A stretch of DNA of 64,000 bases from Nitrospirota bacterium (GTDB taxonomy: Bacteria; Nitrospirota; JACRHJ01): positions 89,004-153,003 of the forward strand of contig JAJYJM010000001.1 of NCBI GenBank assembly GCA_021789495.1, given 5' to 3'. Below are positions 26,525-39,778 of this stretch, in pieces; the first letter of the stretch is position 1; every line of letters starts with the position of its first letter. The translations under genes were made by a program, and so were the position numbers. Below the pieces are notes generated by a model that saw nothing but the letters and a program-made list of their open reading frames with translations, did no database searches and was not told the origin of the DNA.

Positions 26525-27858
26525 GGCTTGTTGAATATTTCGAGGAACGCGGTGCTGTACCTCCCGGAGCGGAATACCGGGTCCATGAATATCCTCCTGT
26601 GGAGCGGGATGGTCGTCTTGATGCCCTCGATTATAAATTCTTCGAGGGCGCGGGACATCCTCGCCATCGCCTCTTCCCTGTCTTTTCCGTGGACGATGAG
26701 TTTCGCTATCATGGAGTCGTAGTTGGGCGGGACGGAATAGTTGGAGTAGACCGCGGTATCGACGCGCACGCCTGGGCCGCCGGGGGCGTTGTAGGTGGTT
26801 ATCCTGCCCGGGCACGGCGTGAACTTCTGCGGGTCTTCAGCGTTTATCCTGCACTCGAAGCTGTGCCCGTTTATTTTTATGTCGTCCTGCCGGTACTTGA
26901 GCGTAAGGCCCGCCGCCGCCTTTATCTGTTCCTTTACGAGGTCTATCCCCGTAACCATCTCCGTGACGGGGTGCTCCACCTGTATGCGGGTGTTCATCTC
27001 CATGAAGAAGAACTTCTCGCCGGAGACTATAAACTCCACGGTTCCGGCGTTACGGTATTTGACCGACTTCGCCGCGGCAATGGCCGCCTCGCCCATCTTC
27101 TTTCGCATCTTCGGCGTAAGGGCGGGTGACGGAGATTCCTCAATCAGCTTCTGGTGCCGCCTCTGCACGGAACAGTCCCTCTCGCCGAGATGGATTATGT
27201 TGCCCTTTTCGTCGGCGAGTATCTGCACCTCGACATGCCGGGGTTCTATAACGAACTTCTCGATGTATACTTCAGGGTTCCCGAAGGAGGACATCGCCTC
27301 GGCCTGCGCCATGAGGAAGGAGTTGATGAGGCTCCCGGCGGAATGCACGACGCGCATCCCGCGCCCTCCCCCGCCTGCGGACGCCTTGATTATGACCGGA
27401 TAACCTATCTTGCCGGCGAGGGTAAGTATCTCGTCCTCGCTCCCGACAGTCCCCTTGCTTCCGGGAATTACCGGTATGCCCGCCTTGGCCATCGTCTCCT
27501 TGGCCTTGGCCTTGTCCCCCATGAGGCGGATATTCTCAGGCGTCGGGCCTATGAACTTTATCCCCGCGGTCTCGCACATCTCGGCGAAATTCGCGTTCTC
27601 GGCAAGGAACCCGTAGCCGGGGTGTATGGCCTCGGAGTCCGTAATCTCCGCGGCGGAGAGTATGGCCGGGATGTTCCTGTAGCTCCCGGCGGAGTCTGCC
27701 GGGCCGATGCAGATGGACTCGTCCGCGAAACGGACGTGCAGAGATTCGGCGTCAACGGTGGAGTGCACCGTGACGGTCTTGATACCCATCTCCTTGCAGG
27801 CGCGGATTATGCGAAGGGCAATCTCGCCCCGGTTGGCAATCAAAATCTTTTTGAACAA
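26521..27858 (-). CDS. accC: acetyl-CoA carboxylase biotin carboxylase subunit
   Basis: [29 protein letters not shown] and the ATP-grasp motifs, 445 aa. Confidence 0.9.
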   Translation of the reverse strand: MFKKILIANRGEIALRIIRACKEMGIKTVTVHSTVDAESLHVRFADESICIGPADSAGSYRNIPAILSAAEITDSEAIHPGYGFLAENANFAEMCETAGIKFIGPTPENIRLMGDKAKAKETMAKAGIPVIPGSKGTVGSEDEILTLAGKIGYPVIIKASAGGGGRGMRVVHSAGSLINSFLMAQAEAMSSFGNPEVYIEKFVIEPRHVEVQILADEKGNIIHLGERDCSVQRRHQKLIEESPSPALTPKMRKKMGEAAIAAAKSVKYRNAGTVEFIVSGEKFFFMEMNTRIQVEHPVTEMVTGIDLVKEQIKAAAGLTLKYRQDDIKINGHSFECRINAEDPQKFTPCPGRITTYNAPGGPGVRVDTAVYSNYSVPPNYDSMIAKLIVHGKDREEAMARMSRALEEFIIEGIKTTIPLHRRIFMDPVFRSGRYSTAFLEIFNKP

Positions 27859-27883
27859 GTTTTACCTCGGGCTCCCGGCGGGT

Positions 27884-28342
27884 TCAGACCGGCTCGATAT
27901 GGAAAAGCGGCTCGCCGTACTCGACAGGCTGGGCGTTCTCCACGAGGATGGCCGCTATCTTTCCGCTTACTTCGGCCTCTATTTCGTTCATAAGCTTCAT
28001 GGCCTCGATGATGCAGAGTATCTGTCCCTTCTTGACGACGTCTCCCACCTCGACATAAACCGCCGCGTCCGGGGACGGCGAACGGTAGAAGGTCCCGACG
28101 ATAGGCGAATTCACCGCGAAGAGGTTTTTCCCCGCCTGCGCCGGAGACTCCGGCGCAGGCGCGGCAATCTGCGGCGCGGCCTGAACGGCGAGTTCCTCCT
28201 TTGCGTCGGGCAACTGGGCCTTTTCACGGCCCGCCAGGCCCTTTTTGAGCCTTATCCTCGTCCCGGCCTTTTCCAGCTCTATCTCGGCAATATCCGAGTC
28301 TTTGAGAACTTCTATAAGCTCTTTTATCTCTTTGAGGTTCAT
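27884..28342 (-). CDS. accB: biotin carboxyl carrier protein of acetyl-CoA carboxylase
   Basis: [13 protein letters not shown] biotinyl-Lys motif, Ala/Pro-rich linker. Confidence 0.85.
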   Translation of the reverse strand: MNLKEIKELIEVLKDSDIAEIELEKAGTRIRLKKGLAGREKAQLPDAKEELAVQAAPQIAAPAPESPAQAGKNLFAVNSPIVGTFYRSPSPDAAVYVEVGDVVKKGQILCIIEAMKLMNEIEAEVSGKIAAILVENAQPVEYGEPLFHIEPV

Positions 28343-28369
28343 TTATTATCCGCTCCGTTTTTGGGCAGA

Positions 28370-28930
28370 CTACTTGACCCTTTCCAGATATTCGCCGGTC
28401 CTGGTGTCTATTTTTATGACCTCGCCCTCTTCGAGATACAGGGGGACTTTTACCACCGCGCCCGTCTCGAGCGTTGCGGGCTTCGTCCCTCCGGAGGCCG
28501 TGTCGCCCTTCACGCCGGGGTCCGCCTTTATAACCTTCAGCTCGACGAACATGGGGACTTCCACGTTTATCGGCTCGTCGTTATGATACAGGACCTGCAC
28601 TGTTAGATTCTCCTTGAGCCATTTCGCCACGTCGCCGATATGATCCGCCGTGAGCGAGAACTGCTCGTAGCTCTCCGAGTCCATGAAGAAGTATTCCTCG
28701 CCGGTATTGTACAGATACTGCATCGTCCGCTCTTCGAGATTCGGCGTCTCCACCCTCTCGCCTGAGCGGTAGGTGCGGTCTATGACGTTGCCGGTCTTGA
28801 GGCTCTTGAGCTTCGTCCGGACGAACGCGCCGCCCTTGCCCGGCTTTACGTGCTGGAACTCGACTATGACAAACGGCTCGCCGTCTATTTCTATCTTGGC
28901 GCCGTTACGGAACTCCGCGGTCGAAATCAC
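28370..28930 (-). CDS. efp: elongation factor P
   Basis: MISTAEFRNGAKIEIDGEPFVIVEFQHVKPGKGGAFVRTKLKSLKTG, 186 aa. Confidence 0.9.
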   Translation of the reverse strand: MISTAEFRNGAKIEIDGEPFVIVEFQHVKPGKGGAFVRTKLKSLKTGNVIDRTYRSGERVETPNLEERTMQYLYNTGEEYFFMDSESYEQFSLTADHIGDVAKWLKENLTVQVLYHNDEPINVEVPMFVELKVIKADPGVKGDTASGGTKPATLETGAVVKVPLYLEEGEVIKIDTRTGEYLERVK

Positions 28931-28943
28931 TATAAATTACCTC

Positions 28944-30023
28944 CTATTTGAAATCTATTCCCCTGGGAAGCGACGTCATCATCTCGCAGCCTTCCGCCGT
29001 CACCAGTACCATGTCCTCAATCCTGAAACCGCCCCAGCCGGGCATGTATATCCCCGGCTCTATCGTTATCACCATCCCCTCTTTAAGAATGTCTTCGCTC
29101 AAGTATGATACCGCCGGGGCCTCGTGCACCTCAAGGCCCACGCCGTGCCCAAGCCCGTGTCCGAAATAATCCCCGAAACCCTTTGAGGCGATATAGCCCC
29201 TCGCGGCCTCGTCAACTTCCCGGCAGGATACCCCGGCCCTGACCTTCTCTATCGCGCGCCTCTGGGCCTCGAGGACTATGTCGTATATCTCGGACTGCTT
29301 CCTGTCCGCCTCGCCCAGGACACCGCTCCTGGTCAAGTCGGACTGGTAGCCGTAGGCCTCGCCGCCGAAGTCGATTATCAGCGTCTCCCTTTCCTTCATC
29401 TCCTTGCCGGAGGCTATGCCGTGCGGCAGGGCGGCGCGCTCCCCTGAGGCGACGATTATGTCGAACGGGACTTTCCTGGCACCGAGGCCGCGGATATTGA
29501 ACTCCAGCCCGAGCGCGGTCTCGCTCTCGACCATTCCGGGAGCAATCCTTGAGATGTTTTCCCGAAAACCTCCCTCGGCCCGCCTGACGGCCTCGGAGAT
29601 CCTGTTTATCTCGTCTTCGTCCTTCACGGCCCGGAGCCTCTCCACCGCGTCTTTGAGCGGCAGGAACTGTGCCCCGGCCATTTCCTTGAAAAGCGCCTCG
29701 TGGAAATCGAACGAGACGTTTCTCGATTCAAAGGCTATCCTGTGCGCCCCAAGGTCTTTCAGCAGTTTGCCGAATTCCTCGGAAATGCGCCCTTTCTGGA
29801 TGACAATGTCGTAGCCTTCCACCTCGTCTTTGCTCTGGGTCTGATACCGCGAATCCGTAATGAACACGGCCTTTTTGTCCGTCACGACGGCATAACCCGA
29901 CGAACCGGTGAAGCCGGTAAGGTATGAGACGTTCGTTAGGTTCGTTGCAAGAAATGCGTCCGCGCCTTCGGAGACAAACCGCTCCCTAAGGCCATCCAGT
30001 CTCTTTTCTCTCATGTCAGTCAT
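28944..30023 (-). CDS. Xaa-Pro aminopeptidase / M24 family metallopeptidase
   Basis: Creatinase N-terminal domain plus M24 core ([13 protein letters not shown]), 359 aa. Confidence 0.8.
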   Translation of the reverse strand: MTDMREKRLDGLRERFVSEGADAFLATNLTNVSYLTGFTGSSGYAVVTDKKAVFITDSRYQTQSKDEVEGYDIVIQKGRISEEFGKLLKDLGAHRIAFESRNVSFDFHEALFKEMAGAQFLPLKDAVERLRAVKDEDEINRISEAVRRAEGGFRENISRIAPGMVESETALGLEFNIRGLGARKVPFDIIVASGERAALPHGIASGKEMKERETLIIDFGGEAYGYQSDLTRSGVLGEADRKQSEIYDIVLEAQRRAIEKVRAGVSCREVDEAARGYIASKGFGDYFGHGLGHGVGLEVHEAPAVSYLSEDILKEGMVITIEPGIYMPGWGGFRIEDMVLVTAEGCEMMTSLPRGIDFK

Positions 30024-30471
30024 CCATGTGCCTGCCGGTCTTTACGATGCCCAGGGCTGCGCGGATGCCGAGCAGGTAGCTGTTTATTCCGAAACCGGAT
30101 ATGACGCCCGCCGCGACGCCGGATATGAAGGATTTATGCCTGAATTCCTCGCGGTTGTAGATGTTCGATATGTGGACTTCGACCGTCGGGATGCTGACGG
30201 CGGCTACGGCGTCCCGTATGGCGACGCTGGTGTGGGTATACGCGCCGGGGTTTATGATTATCGCCTCAAATTTTTCTTCCGCATCCTGGATGGTATCTAC
30301 TATGTCTCCCTCGTGGTTGGACTGGAATATTTCAAGCTCAACGTCCGCCTTCGCTGCGGATTTCCGAAGCAGGGCGTTCAGTTCGTCGAACGTAACGCGC
30401 CCGTACGTCTTAGGCTCCCTTTTGCCAAGGAGGTTCAGGTTCGGGCCGTGAATCACGAGCATCTTTTTCAT
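30016..30471 (-). CDS. aroQ: type II 3-dehydroquinate dehydratase
   Basis: [16 protein letters not shown]...HISNI, 151 aa. Confidence 0.85.
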   Translation of the reverse strand: MKKMLVIHGPNLNLLGKREPKTYGRVTFDELNALLRKSAAKADVELEIFQSNHEGDIVDTIQDAEEKFEAIIINPGAYTHTSVAIRDAVAAVSIPTVEVHISNIYNREEFRHKSFISGVAAGVISGFGINSYLLGIRAALGIVKTGRHMDD

Positions 30472-30486
30472 TGGGGGGTTGTCTCC

Positions 30487-30843
30487 TTAGAACTCTTTTA
30501 TCAGCTTGTCCGCGGCCATCCTGAGCAGGAAGCGGCCCTTGCCCATGTTGGATTCCGGGGAGAGCAGCAGGGCTATGAAATAGTCTTCGTTAATCCTGCG
30601 CATGACGAGCCACGCCCTTTCGGCGGAGATGGTTATTTCCTCCGTCTTTCCTATCGCAAGGGAGCTCGATGCGGCCTGGGCGCCTTTCAGGAGGTTCCCG
30701 TATTCCGCGCCGACGGATTGAAGATCCACCCCCGGCTCGACCGCCGCTTCCTCGACGATTATTCCGTCCATGCCCACGACCGCCGCGCCCCTCGAACCCG
30801 GCACGCCTTCCGACAGCTCTTTAAGGACTTCCGAGAAGCTCAT
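30487..30843 (-). CDS. roadblock/LC7 domain protein
   Basis: 118 aa. GSRGAAVVGMDGIIV has the MglB/Roadblock fold pattern. Confidence 0.55.
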   Translation of the reverse strand: MSFSEVLKELSEGVPGSRGAAVVGMDGIIVEEAAVEPGVDLQSVGAEYGNLLKGAQAASSSLAIGKTEEITISAERAWLVMRRINEDYFIALLLSPESNMGKGRFLLRMAADKLIKEF

Positions 30844-32231
30844 TGTCCGGCCTTTCTCCTGATTTTATCAAGGAATTTTTCCAGCCTGTCCACCGCTTCC
30901 AGGTTTACGGATTTTGCCTCCGCCTGCGGCGGCTCGATCCCCTTTTCAATTATCTTCTCTTTTTCGCCGTAAAACTCCCAGGAATTCATGGCGTCGTATT
31001 CCGATAATTCCGAAGACCCGTCCTGCAAAACCTGCACAACCTCAATATCCGCATCAGCGCTCTCCTGAACCGGAGCCGCGGGCTCTTCTTTTCTATTCCT
31101 CTTCCCGATATTCGCGAGGAGATAGAGGTCTTCGAGCTTCTGCCTGAGCTTCATGTCGGAGGGGGATTCGACTATAAGGTTCTTGTAAATATTTATCGCC
31201 CTGTCGTAGAACCCCTGGGTTATATAAAGCTCGGCCAGCGTCTCCGTCTCGAAGGCCTCCTTCCCGGCGCTCTCCGGGGCCGGCTGTGGAATCGTCCGGT
31301 CTTCGGACGGCTGAAAGTCAACGCCGTCGATTTCCAACGGCGACGCATCGTCAGTTATTTCGTAAACCGGCTCCTCGTTCTGCTCCTCGTCTGCCGATGC
31401 GTCCCTGTATACCGCGAATATATCCTCCGCCTCGGCCTGGGCCGGGCTTTCCATCCCGTATCCCTTCACCGGCCCTTCTATTTCCTCTGCCATAGCGGTC
31501 GGTATTTCCGCCTCCGGCAAGGTCTCGATTGCCGCCGGAATTTCGGCCTCCGGCAACGCCTCCGGTTCCGGCTCAGGAGCCTCAGGCTCTACCGCATCGA
31601 TATTTACTGCCGGGAACTGCGGTTCCGGCTCAGGCACCTCGTGCCCCGCCTCGAACTGGTCAGTCGGCAGAGGGACATCGCTCCCCGGCTCAGGCTCTTT
31701 CACGGCGGCATCCGTCTCGGAAATGTCGAACATCGGGACGGCCTGCGGTTGAGCAGCCTCTTCTACGGTCTGTTCGGGAGCAGGCTCGTCGCGCCTTTCC
31801 GACCGCAGCGACTCCGTCTTTTTCAGAAGTGCGGCGGCCTCTTCGTCCCTGGGGTTAAGGAGCGTTATTATTTTGAAAGAGCGGGCGGCGTCGGTATTCA
31901 TTCCCATTCCCAGGTAAATCTCGCCGAGTTTCCTCTGAGCGACGAGGTTGTCGGGATTTGCCTTGATTACCGCCTCGAACTGTTCTCTTGCCTTTTCAGC
32001 CTCTCCGTTCTCGATATATGCCTTGCCGAGCAGAACCTTTGCGCTCGTGTAATGAGGAATCGTCTTCAGGCCGTTTTCAAGCGTGGAGATTGCCTCAGGG
32101 GCCATGCCGGCCTTTAAATACAGCTCCGCAAGCTGGAGGAAAACCCTGGAGCCGGGTTCCCTGTCAACCTGTGCCGATAGACGTTCTATCTCCGGGGAGA
32201 TGCTCCCCGCCATGTCGTCAGGCGCGGTCAT
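30840..32231 (-). CDS. tetratricopeptide-repeat protein with acidic central region
   Basis: Multiple TPR-like AxxY...G motifs at both ends. Glu/Pro-rich low-complexity middle. Confidence 0.65.
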   Translation of the reverse strand: MTAPDDMAGSISPEIERLSAQVDREPGSRVFLQLAELYLKAGMAPEAISTLENGLKTIPHYTSAKVLLGKAYIENGEAEKAREQFEAVIKANPDNLVAQRKLGEIYLGMGMNTDAARSFKIITLLNPRDEEAAALLKKTESLRSERRDEPAPEQTVEEAAQPQAVPMFDISETDAAVKEPEPGSDVPLPTDQFEAGHEVPEPEPQFPAVNIDAVEPEAPEPEPEALPEAEIPAAIETLPEAEIPTAMAEEIEGPVKGYGMESPAQAEAEDIFAVYRDASADEEQNEEPVYEITDDASPLEIDGVDFQPSEDRTIPQPAPESAGKEAFETETLAELYITQGFYDRAINIYKNLIVESPSDMKLRQKLEDLYLLANIGKRNRKEEPAAPVQESADADIEVVQVLQDGSSELSEYDAMNSWEFYGEKEKIIEKGIEPPQAEAKSVNLEAVDRLEKFLDKIRRKAGQ

Positions 32232-32369
32232 AGATGCAATTCCTCAATAATTTCCTAAGCTTTCCTATTTTACCAGAGGCGGATTCAAAGTCAAGAAAAA
32301 GTTTTCCCTTGATTAAAGCCGGCTTGGATGGTAAATTCTTAATATTGAACGTTTTTCTTGAGGTCATCC

Positions 32370-33737
32370 ATGCGCGAAACCATCCTTCTGGTAGACGACG
32401 AACAGAACACCCGCGAGGCCCTTTCGATAGCGCTTGGACGGGAGGGTTACAACATAATCCCGGCCCAAAGCGGCGCTGAGGGCATGAAAATACTCGAAAA
32501 AGAGTCCGTAGACCTGATAATCACCGACATGATAATGCCGGGCGTATCCGGGATGGACCTGCTCCATTTCGCAAGGAAGCGCCATCCGGACGTAATGGTA
32601 ATCATGATTACAGGCCATGCCTCGGTCGAGACGGCAATAGCCGCCATGAAAGACGGCGCGTTCGATTATGTCACAAAACCAATAAAGCTCGACGAGGTGA
32701 AGATAATCATCCAGCAGGCCGCCGACAAAAGGAACCTCCTGCTGGAAAACCTCTTGTTAAAACAGGAACTTAGGGGCAAATATACCTTCGAGAACATCAT
32801 CGGTAACGGCAAGGCCATGCAGGAGATATTCTCCGTGATGACAAGGGTTGTCAACTCCGACAGCACCGTGCTCATCACCGGCGACTCCGGCACCGGGAAA
32901 GAGCTTGTCGCCAAGGCCCTTCATTATAACGGCCCCAGGAAGGAAAAGCCGTTTGTGGCCATTAACTGCGCCGCAATCCCAAGCGAACTGCTCGAATCGG
33001 AGCTTTTCGGCCATGTGAAAGGCTCGTTTACCGGCGCAATTGCCAACAAGTCCGGCAAGTTCGAGCAGGCCAATACCGGGACGATGTTCTTAGACGAAAT
33101 AGGCGCAATGTCGATGGCGCTCCAGGGCAAGCTCCTCAGGGCGCTCCAGGAAAAGGAGATTGAGCGGGTCGGCGGCGCGAAACCCCTGAAGGTTGACGTC
33201 AGGATAATCTCGGCGACGAATACCGACCTCGAAAAGGCGGTTAAGAAGGGTCTGTTCAGAGACGACCTTTACTACCGCCTGAACGTCATCCCCATACACC
33301 TTCCCTCCCTGAAGGACCGCGCGGAGGACATACCGCTTCTCGCCGCCCATTTCATAAGAAAATACAACGAAAAGCTGAATAAAAAAATAAAAGGGCTTGC
33401 GCGCGGCGTCATGGACTACCTCGTGGCGTACGAGTGGCCGGGAAACATCCGGGAACTTGAGAATGTAATCGAGCGCGCGGTAACCTTGACGGACGGGGAA
33501 TACATAATGGAAGACACCTTGCCGCAGTCCATACTCGGAGTTCCAGGGCGGGAGTTTTATAACGTCCCGCAGATACCCGACAAGGGAACGGACCTGGAAA
33601 GGGAGCTTGAAGGTTTCGAGGCGGCAATGATTAAGATGGCCCTGAAAAAATCCGGCGGCGTAAAATCGAGGGCCGCCGATTTATTGAATTTAAAGCGTAC
33701 AACTCTGATAGAGAAGATGCGCAGACTTAACCTCTGA
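32370..33737 (+). CDS. sigma-54-dependent response regulator (NtrC family: REC + AAA+ + Fis-type HTH)
   Basis: LLVDDEQNTREAL...D(54)-like site, GDSGTGKE Walker A, GAFTGA-like (GSFTGA) motif, ESELFGH, C-terminal HTH. Start set to ATG 32370. The ORF track uses TTG 32358. Confidence 0.85.
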   Translation: MRETILLVDDEQNTREALSIALGREGYNIIPAQSGAEGMKILEKESVDLIITDMIMPGVSGMDLLHFARKRHPDVMVIMITGHASVETAIAAMKDGAFDYVTKPIKLDEVKIIIQQAADKRNLLLENLLLKQELRGKYTFENIIGNGKAMQEIFSVMTRVVNSDSTVLITGDSGTGKELVAKALHYNGPRKEKPFVAINCAAIPSELLESELFGHVKGSFTGAIANKSGKFEQANTGTMFLDEIGAMSMALQGKLLRALQEKEIERVGGAKPLKVDVRIISATNTDLEKAVKKGLFRDDLYYRLNVIPIHLPSLKDRAEDIPLLAAHFIRKYNEKLNKKIKGLARGVMDYLVAYEWPGNIRELENVIERAVTLTDGEYIMEDTLPQSILGVPGREFYNVPQIPDKGTDLERELEGFEAAMIKMALKKSGGVKSRAADLLNLKRTTLIEKMRRLNL

Positions 33738-33744
33738 CTACGTT

Positions 33745-33846
33745 AGAAAAGAACTCCGGTCCATATCCTGTACATGCTTACGAGCAGGTAAAGGAATATC
33801 GCACATGCTACGTAGTTCCTGCCGCAACCTATGTCCTTTTCCATGA
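33745..33846 (-). CDS. possible 33-aa hydrophobic micro-protein
   Basis: MEKDIGCGRNYVACAIFLYLLVSMYRIWTGVLF with a GGAGACGGAGG RBS-like stretch upstream. It lies downstream of a terminator and is unsupported otherwise. Confidence 0.15.
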
Positions 33847-33940
33847 CAGCCTCCGTCTCCTGTATTAATTTTGATGATAATATAGCACATGAATATTAAA
33901 AACTCATTAATGATAAATTAAATAATGTTAAGGAAAGAAT

Positions 33941-33972
33941 CGTAAAAACAGAAAAGGCGCCGAAAAAGCGCC
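33941..33972 (-). terminator. rho-independent terminator (minus strand) after the ahcY operon
   Basis: GGCGC-cgaaaaa-GCGCC hairpin followed, in the minus direction, by TTTTCTGTTTTT. Confidence 0.5.
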
Positions 33973-33982
33973 TTAATAGTTC

Positions 33983-34019
33983 GTCACCCCCGTGAAAACG
34001 GGGGCCCAGTGACTTTTTT
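33983..34019 (+). terminator. rho-independent terminator (plus strand)
   Basis: GTCACCCCCGT-gaaa-ACGGGGGCCCAGTGAC extended hairpin followed by TTTTTT. Confidence 0.55.
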
Positions 34020-34030
34020 AAGAATTAAGT

Positions 34031-34093
34031 CCCTGGATTCCCGCTTTCGCGGGAATGACGGGCCTTTTTACCCTCGCCCCTTGTGGGAGAGGG
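34031..34093. repeat. clustered intergenic repeats (REP-like 34031-34061; GC palindrome 34071-34093)
   Basis: Matches 19755-19783 and, as an inverse copy, 21021-21043. Confidence 0.65.
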
Positions 34094-34138
34094 TGGCGCG
34101 CCAGCGCCGGGTGAGGGTTGATGGGGACCAAGGGTGAG

Positions 34139-36542
<2,404 letters not shown>

Positions 36543-36546
<4 letters not shown>

Positions 36547-37772
36547 TTTGCTGATCTCCCTTTCGATTTGATTTCCTTCAACTGCAAAAGTCCGGCGGCC
36601 ACGTCGAGAAGCCGGCCCGCGGCCTCGTCTTTCGAGACAAGCCCCGTATCCATTACAAGCCCTTTTCTGTCGTATATGTAAAGCCTGTTTGTCAGGCAAC
36701 CGAAACCCGTATTCTCTCCGATAATGTTCGCCGCTATAATATCGGCGTTCTTTTCCTTGAGTTTCTTGAGAGCGTTCGGCCCGGCGTCGTCCGTCTCCGC
36801 GGCGAAACCGACGACCACCTGCCCCTTTTTCTTGTCTTTTCCAAAGGCGCTTAATATATCAGGAGTTTTAATCAGCTTCAACGAATAATTTTGCAGCCCC
36901 TCTTTTTTTATCTTGGAGGCGGAATATTCCGCAGGGGCGAAGTCCGAAACGGCGGCGGCCATGATGGCCATGTCCGCGTTACTGAAAGCCTCAAGGGCAG
37001 CCTTCGCCATCTCCCGGGCCGAACGGACGGCTATGGCCTTCACGCCCGGAGGCGGGACAAGAGCCGCAGGCCCGCATATCAACGTAACCTCGGCCCCGCG
37101 GGAAAGCGCCTCTTTTGCGACGGCGAAACCCATCCTGCCCGTGGAGCGGTTCCCGATGAACCGCACCGGGTCGAGGTCCTCAAATGTCGGCCCCGCGCTC
37201 ACCAGCACCCTGACGCCGGAAAGCGTCTTCTCCTTGAACAGCGAAACAGCCGCCCGCAGAATATCCGCAGGCTCGCTCATTCTCCCCAGGCCGAATTCGT
37301 TGCAGGCCATCGGGCCAACCGAAGGCCCGACAAAGAGAACACCCCTGTCCCTGAGTATCTTTAAATTAGCCTGGAGGGCCGGGTTGTCGAACATACGGCA
37401 GTTCATGGCCGGGGCGAAAAGAACCGGGCATTTCGCGGCCATAAGCATGGTGGAGAGCAGGTCGTCCGCGATGCCGTTTGCCGCCTTGCCGATAATATTT
37501 GCCGTGGCCGGGGCGACGATAAACGCGTCCGCCCTGGCGGTAATGTCGATATGTGTAATACCGTGCGGCTCGAAAAGCTCTGCTCTCGCCTCCCTGCCGG
37601 AAAGCGCGGAGAACGTAAGCGGCGAGACGAACCTGCACGCGGCATCTGTCATAACGACGCTTACCGACGCGCCGTTTTCGCGCAGACCACGGACAAGCTC
37701 GCATGACTTGTATGCGGCTATGCCGCCGGTAATTCCAACTATAATCTCTTTACCGTCGAGCGGCAGGCCCAT
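36543..37772 (-). CDS. coaBC: bifunctional phosphopantothenoylcysteine decarboxylase / phosphopantothenate-cysteine ligase
   Basis: [21 protein letters not shown] flavoprotein domain plus a C-terminal CoaB domain, 409 aa. Confidence 0.9.
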
Positions 37773-37778
37773 GTAAAA

Positions 37779-38201
37779 TTATTCCTCGAAATCCTCTTCC
37801 GGGGACCCTTCGTCTTCCGGAATCACCTCTTCCTCAATGCCTTCCTCCGGCTCCTTCCCGGACATTGCCGCCGTCTCCGCCTTGTAGGCCTCTTTTATCT
37901 CCTCCATCTTCTCAAGCGACACTGCGGCGGCCTCTTCCATGCTTTCCCTGGCCATCCTCTCGCGACGCATCCGGTATTCATAAGACCTGGCGCGTTTTGC
38001 GTCTTCGCCGGTAAGATACTTCAGATGGCCTTCGATGCCCTCTTCCAGCGCGAGGCTTATGTTTTTCACGTATCTCTTTTTCACCAGCACCGGCGAGCCT
38101 TCAGTAAGCTGTCTTGCCCTCTGGGCGGTAACAAGCACAAGCCTGAACCGGCTGTCGAAAAGTTCGTTCCCGTATTCTATCGGCAGTTTGATTATCTCCA
38201 A
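37779..38201 (-). CDS. rpoZ: DNA-directed RNA polymerase subunit omega (with acidic C-terminal extension)
   Basis: RFRLVLVTAQRARQL core. Sits in the conserved rpoZ-gmk neighbourhood. Confidence 0.7.
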   Translation of the reverse strand: MEIIKLPIEYGNELFDSRFRLVLVTAQRARQLTEGSPVLVKKRYVKNISLALEEGIEGHLKYLTGEDAKRARSYEYRMRRERMARESMEEAAAVSLEKMEEIKEAYKAETAAMSGKEPEEGIEEEVIPEDEGSPEEDFEE

Positions 38202-38228
38202 TTCCTGTCCCTCCCGGTTATTTTGTCC

Positions 38229-38840
38229 TTATGCAAGCCTAAATTTTTTTCTCACTGCAGCGGTGTCCGTATTGACAAGTCTGCACCTCTCGGCGATTAT
38301 AACGGATTTCAGCGCGTCAAGGGCCTTGCCGAGGTTGTCGTTTATGATTACGTAATCGTACCGGTCGAAGCTTTCCAGCTCCTCAAGCGCCCTTTTGAGT
38401 CTTCTCGCTATCTCCGCCTCGTCGTCCGAATCCCTGCCCCGAAGCCGCCTTTCAAGCTCCTCCATCGAAGGCGGCAGTATGAAGATGAACGTGCCCTCGA
38501 TGCCAGCATTCCTTATCTGCGTCGCGCCCTGGGTATCGATGTCGAGTATGACGTCTTTTCCCTGGCCGAATATGCGCTCAAGCTCTTTCTTAGACGTCCC
38601 GTACAGGTGGCCGTGCACGGTGGCGTATTCCACGAAACCGCCGCTTTCGGCGAGTTTTTTAAATTCCGTTTCGGAGACGAAATAATAATGTTCGCCCTCT
38701 TTTTCCGTCGGGCGCGGCGCCCTCGTGGTATGGGAGATTGCGTGAGATATGTCCGGCAGGAAGCCTGAAAGCTCCTTGCAGAGAGTGGTCTTGCCGGCGC
38801 CCGAAGGGGCGGATACGATGAACAGAAGGCCCTTATTCAA
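38229..38840 (-). CDS. gmk: guanylate kinase
   Basis: LFIVSAPSGAGKTTL P-loop and GMP-binding signature. Confidence 0.9.
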   Translation of the reverse strand: MNKGLLFIVSAPSGAGKTTLCKELSGFLPDISHAISHTTRAPRPTEKEGEHYYFVSETEFKKLAESGGFVEYATVHGHLYGTSKKELERIFGQGKDVILDIDTQGATQIRNAGIEGTFIFILPPSMEELERRLRGRDSDDEAEIARRLKRALEELESFDRYDYVIINDNLGKALDALKSVIIAERCRLVNTDTAAVRKKFRLA

Positions 38841-39699
38841 TATTCTGCACCTGTTCCCGAATTTTCTCCATCTCGGATTTCATTTCGATTACGCGCCTCG
38901 CTATCTCGAAATCGGACGCCTTGCTCCCGATGGTATTCAGTTCCCGGTTTATTTCCTGTATCAGGAAGTCCAGCTTCCTGCCCACGGGGCCGCCGTCGTC
39001 GAGCATCCTGGTAAGCTGGGCAAGGTGGCTCCTGCCCCGGACGACTTCCTCCGTGATGTCGCATCTGTCAGCCATCAGGGCCGTTTCCTGCGCAAGCCTT
39101 TCACCGTCGAGTTCAATTCCCTGCGCAAGCTTTTCCACGCGCTCCTTGAGCTTAGCCTGGTATTCCCTGACAACTTCCGGCGAGCGTTTCGCCACTTCGT
39201 CGAGACCGAGTGAGATATTCCGCGAGCGGCTCCGGATGTCGGCGCCTAAGTTTGCGCCCTCCTCGGCGCGCATCCTCTCAAGCGCGTCCATCGCTTCCCT
39301 GAGCGGAGCTTCCAGGGCCGCCCAGAGCGCCTCCACGTCGCCCGTTTCCTCCTGGACGATAATTATATCCTTAAGCGAGCCGACCATGTTCAAGTCTACC
39401 TCTCCGGGCAGGCCGAAGCGGGACTTAAGCTCCGATAAAAGCTCGATATATTGCTTAGCCGCCGGGACGTCGAGCTTCAGCGCCCTGGGGCCTTCCTCTG
39501 AGCCGCCGGAGGTAACAAAGACGTCTATCCTGCCGCGCGAGAAACGCTCTCCGATGGCCTTCTTAAGCCGCGCCTCAAGCGGGGAAAGTATCTTCGGCAG
39601 CCTCGGCGCGATGTCGAGGAACTTGTGGTTGACGGAGCGCATTTCGACGACGAAACCGCCGCCCTCGCCCTTGCCGAAACCGGTCATGCTCCTTATCAT
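38833..39699 (-). CDS. yicC: YicC family stress-induced protein
   Basis: MIRSMTGFG start. 288 aa with the YicC N-terminal and DUF1732 C-terminal pattern. Confidence 0.8.
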   Translation of the reverse strand: MIRSMTGFGKGEGGGFVVEMRSVNHKFLDIAPRLPKILSPLEARLKKAIGERFSRGRIDVFVTSGGSEEGPRALKLDVPAAKQYIELLSELKSRFGLPGEVDLNMVGSLKDIIIVQEETGDVEALWAALEAPLREAMDALERMRAEEGANLGADIRSRSRNISLGLDEVAKRSPEVVREYQAKLKERVEKLAQGIELDGERLAQETALMADRCDITEEVVRGRSHLAQLTRMLDDGGPVGRKLDFLIQEINRELNTIGSKASDFEIARRVIEMKSEMEKIREQVQNIE

Positions 39700-39778
39700 G
39701 TATCAGTCCCTCAAAATTAGGAATCATATTATAAAAAATCCCTTTTGTCAACGGGGCTTTTATGCTATCTTTCGATAC

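Noticed and set aside
25883-26815. 310-aa thiE ORF with 97-aa Arg/Pro-rich N-terminal extension
   Set aside because: The extension overlaps accC in another frame. The true thiE start is the internal ATG at 26524 (ATGA coupling with accC).
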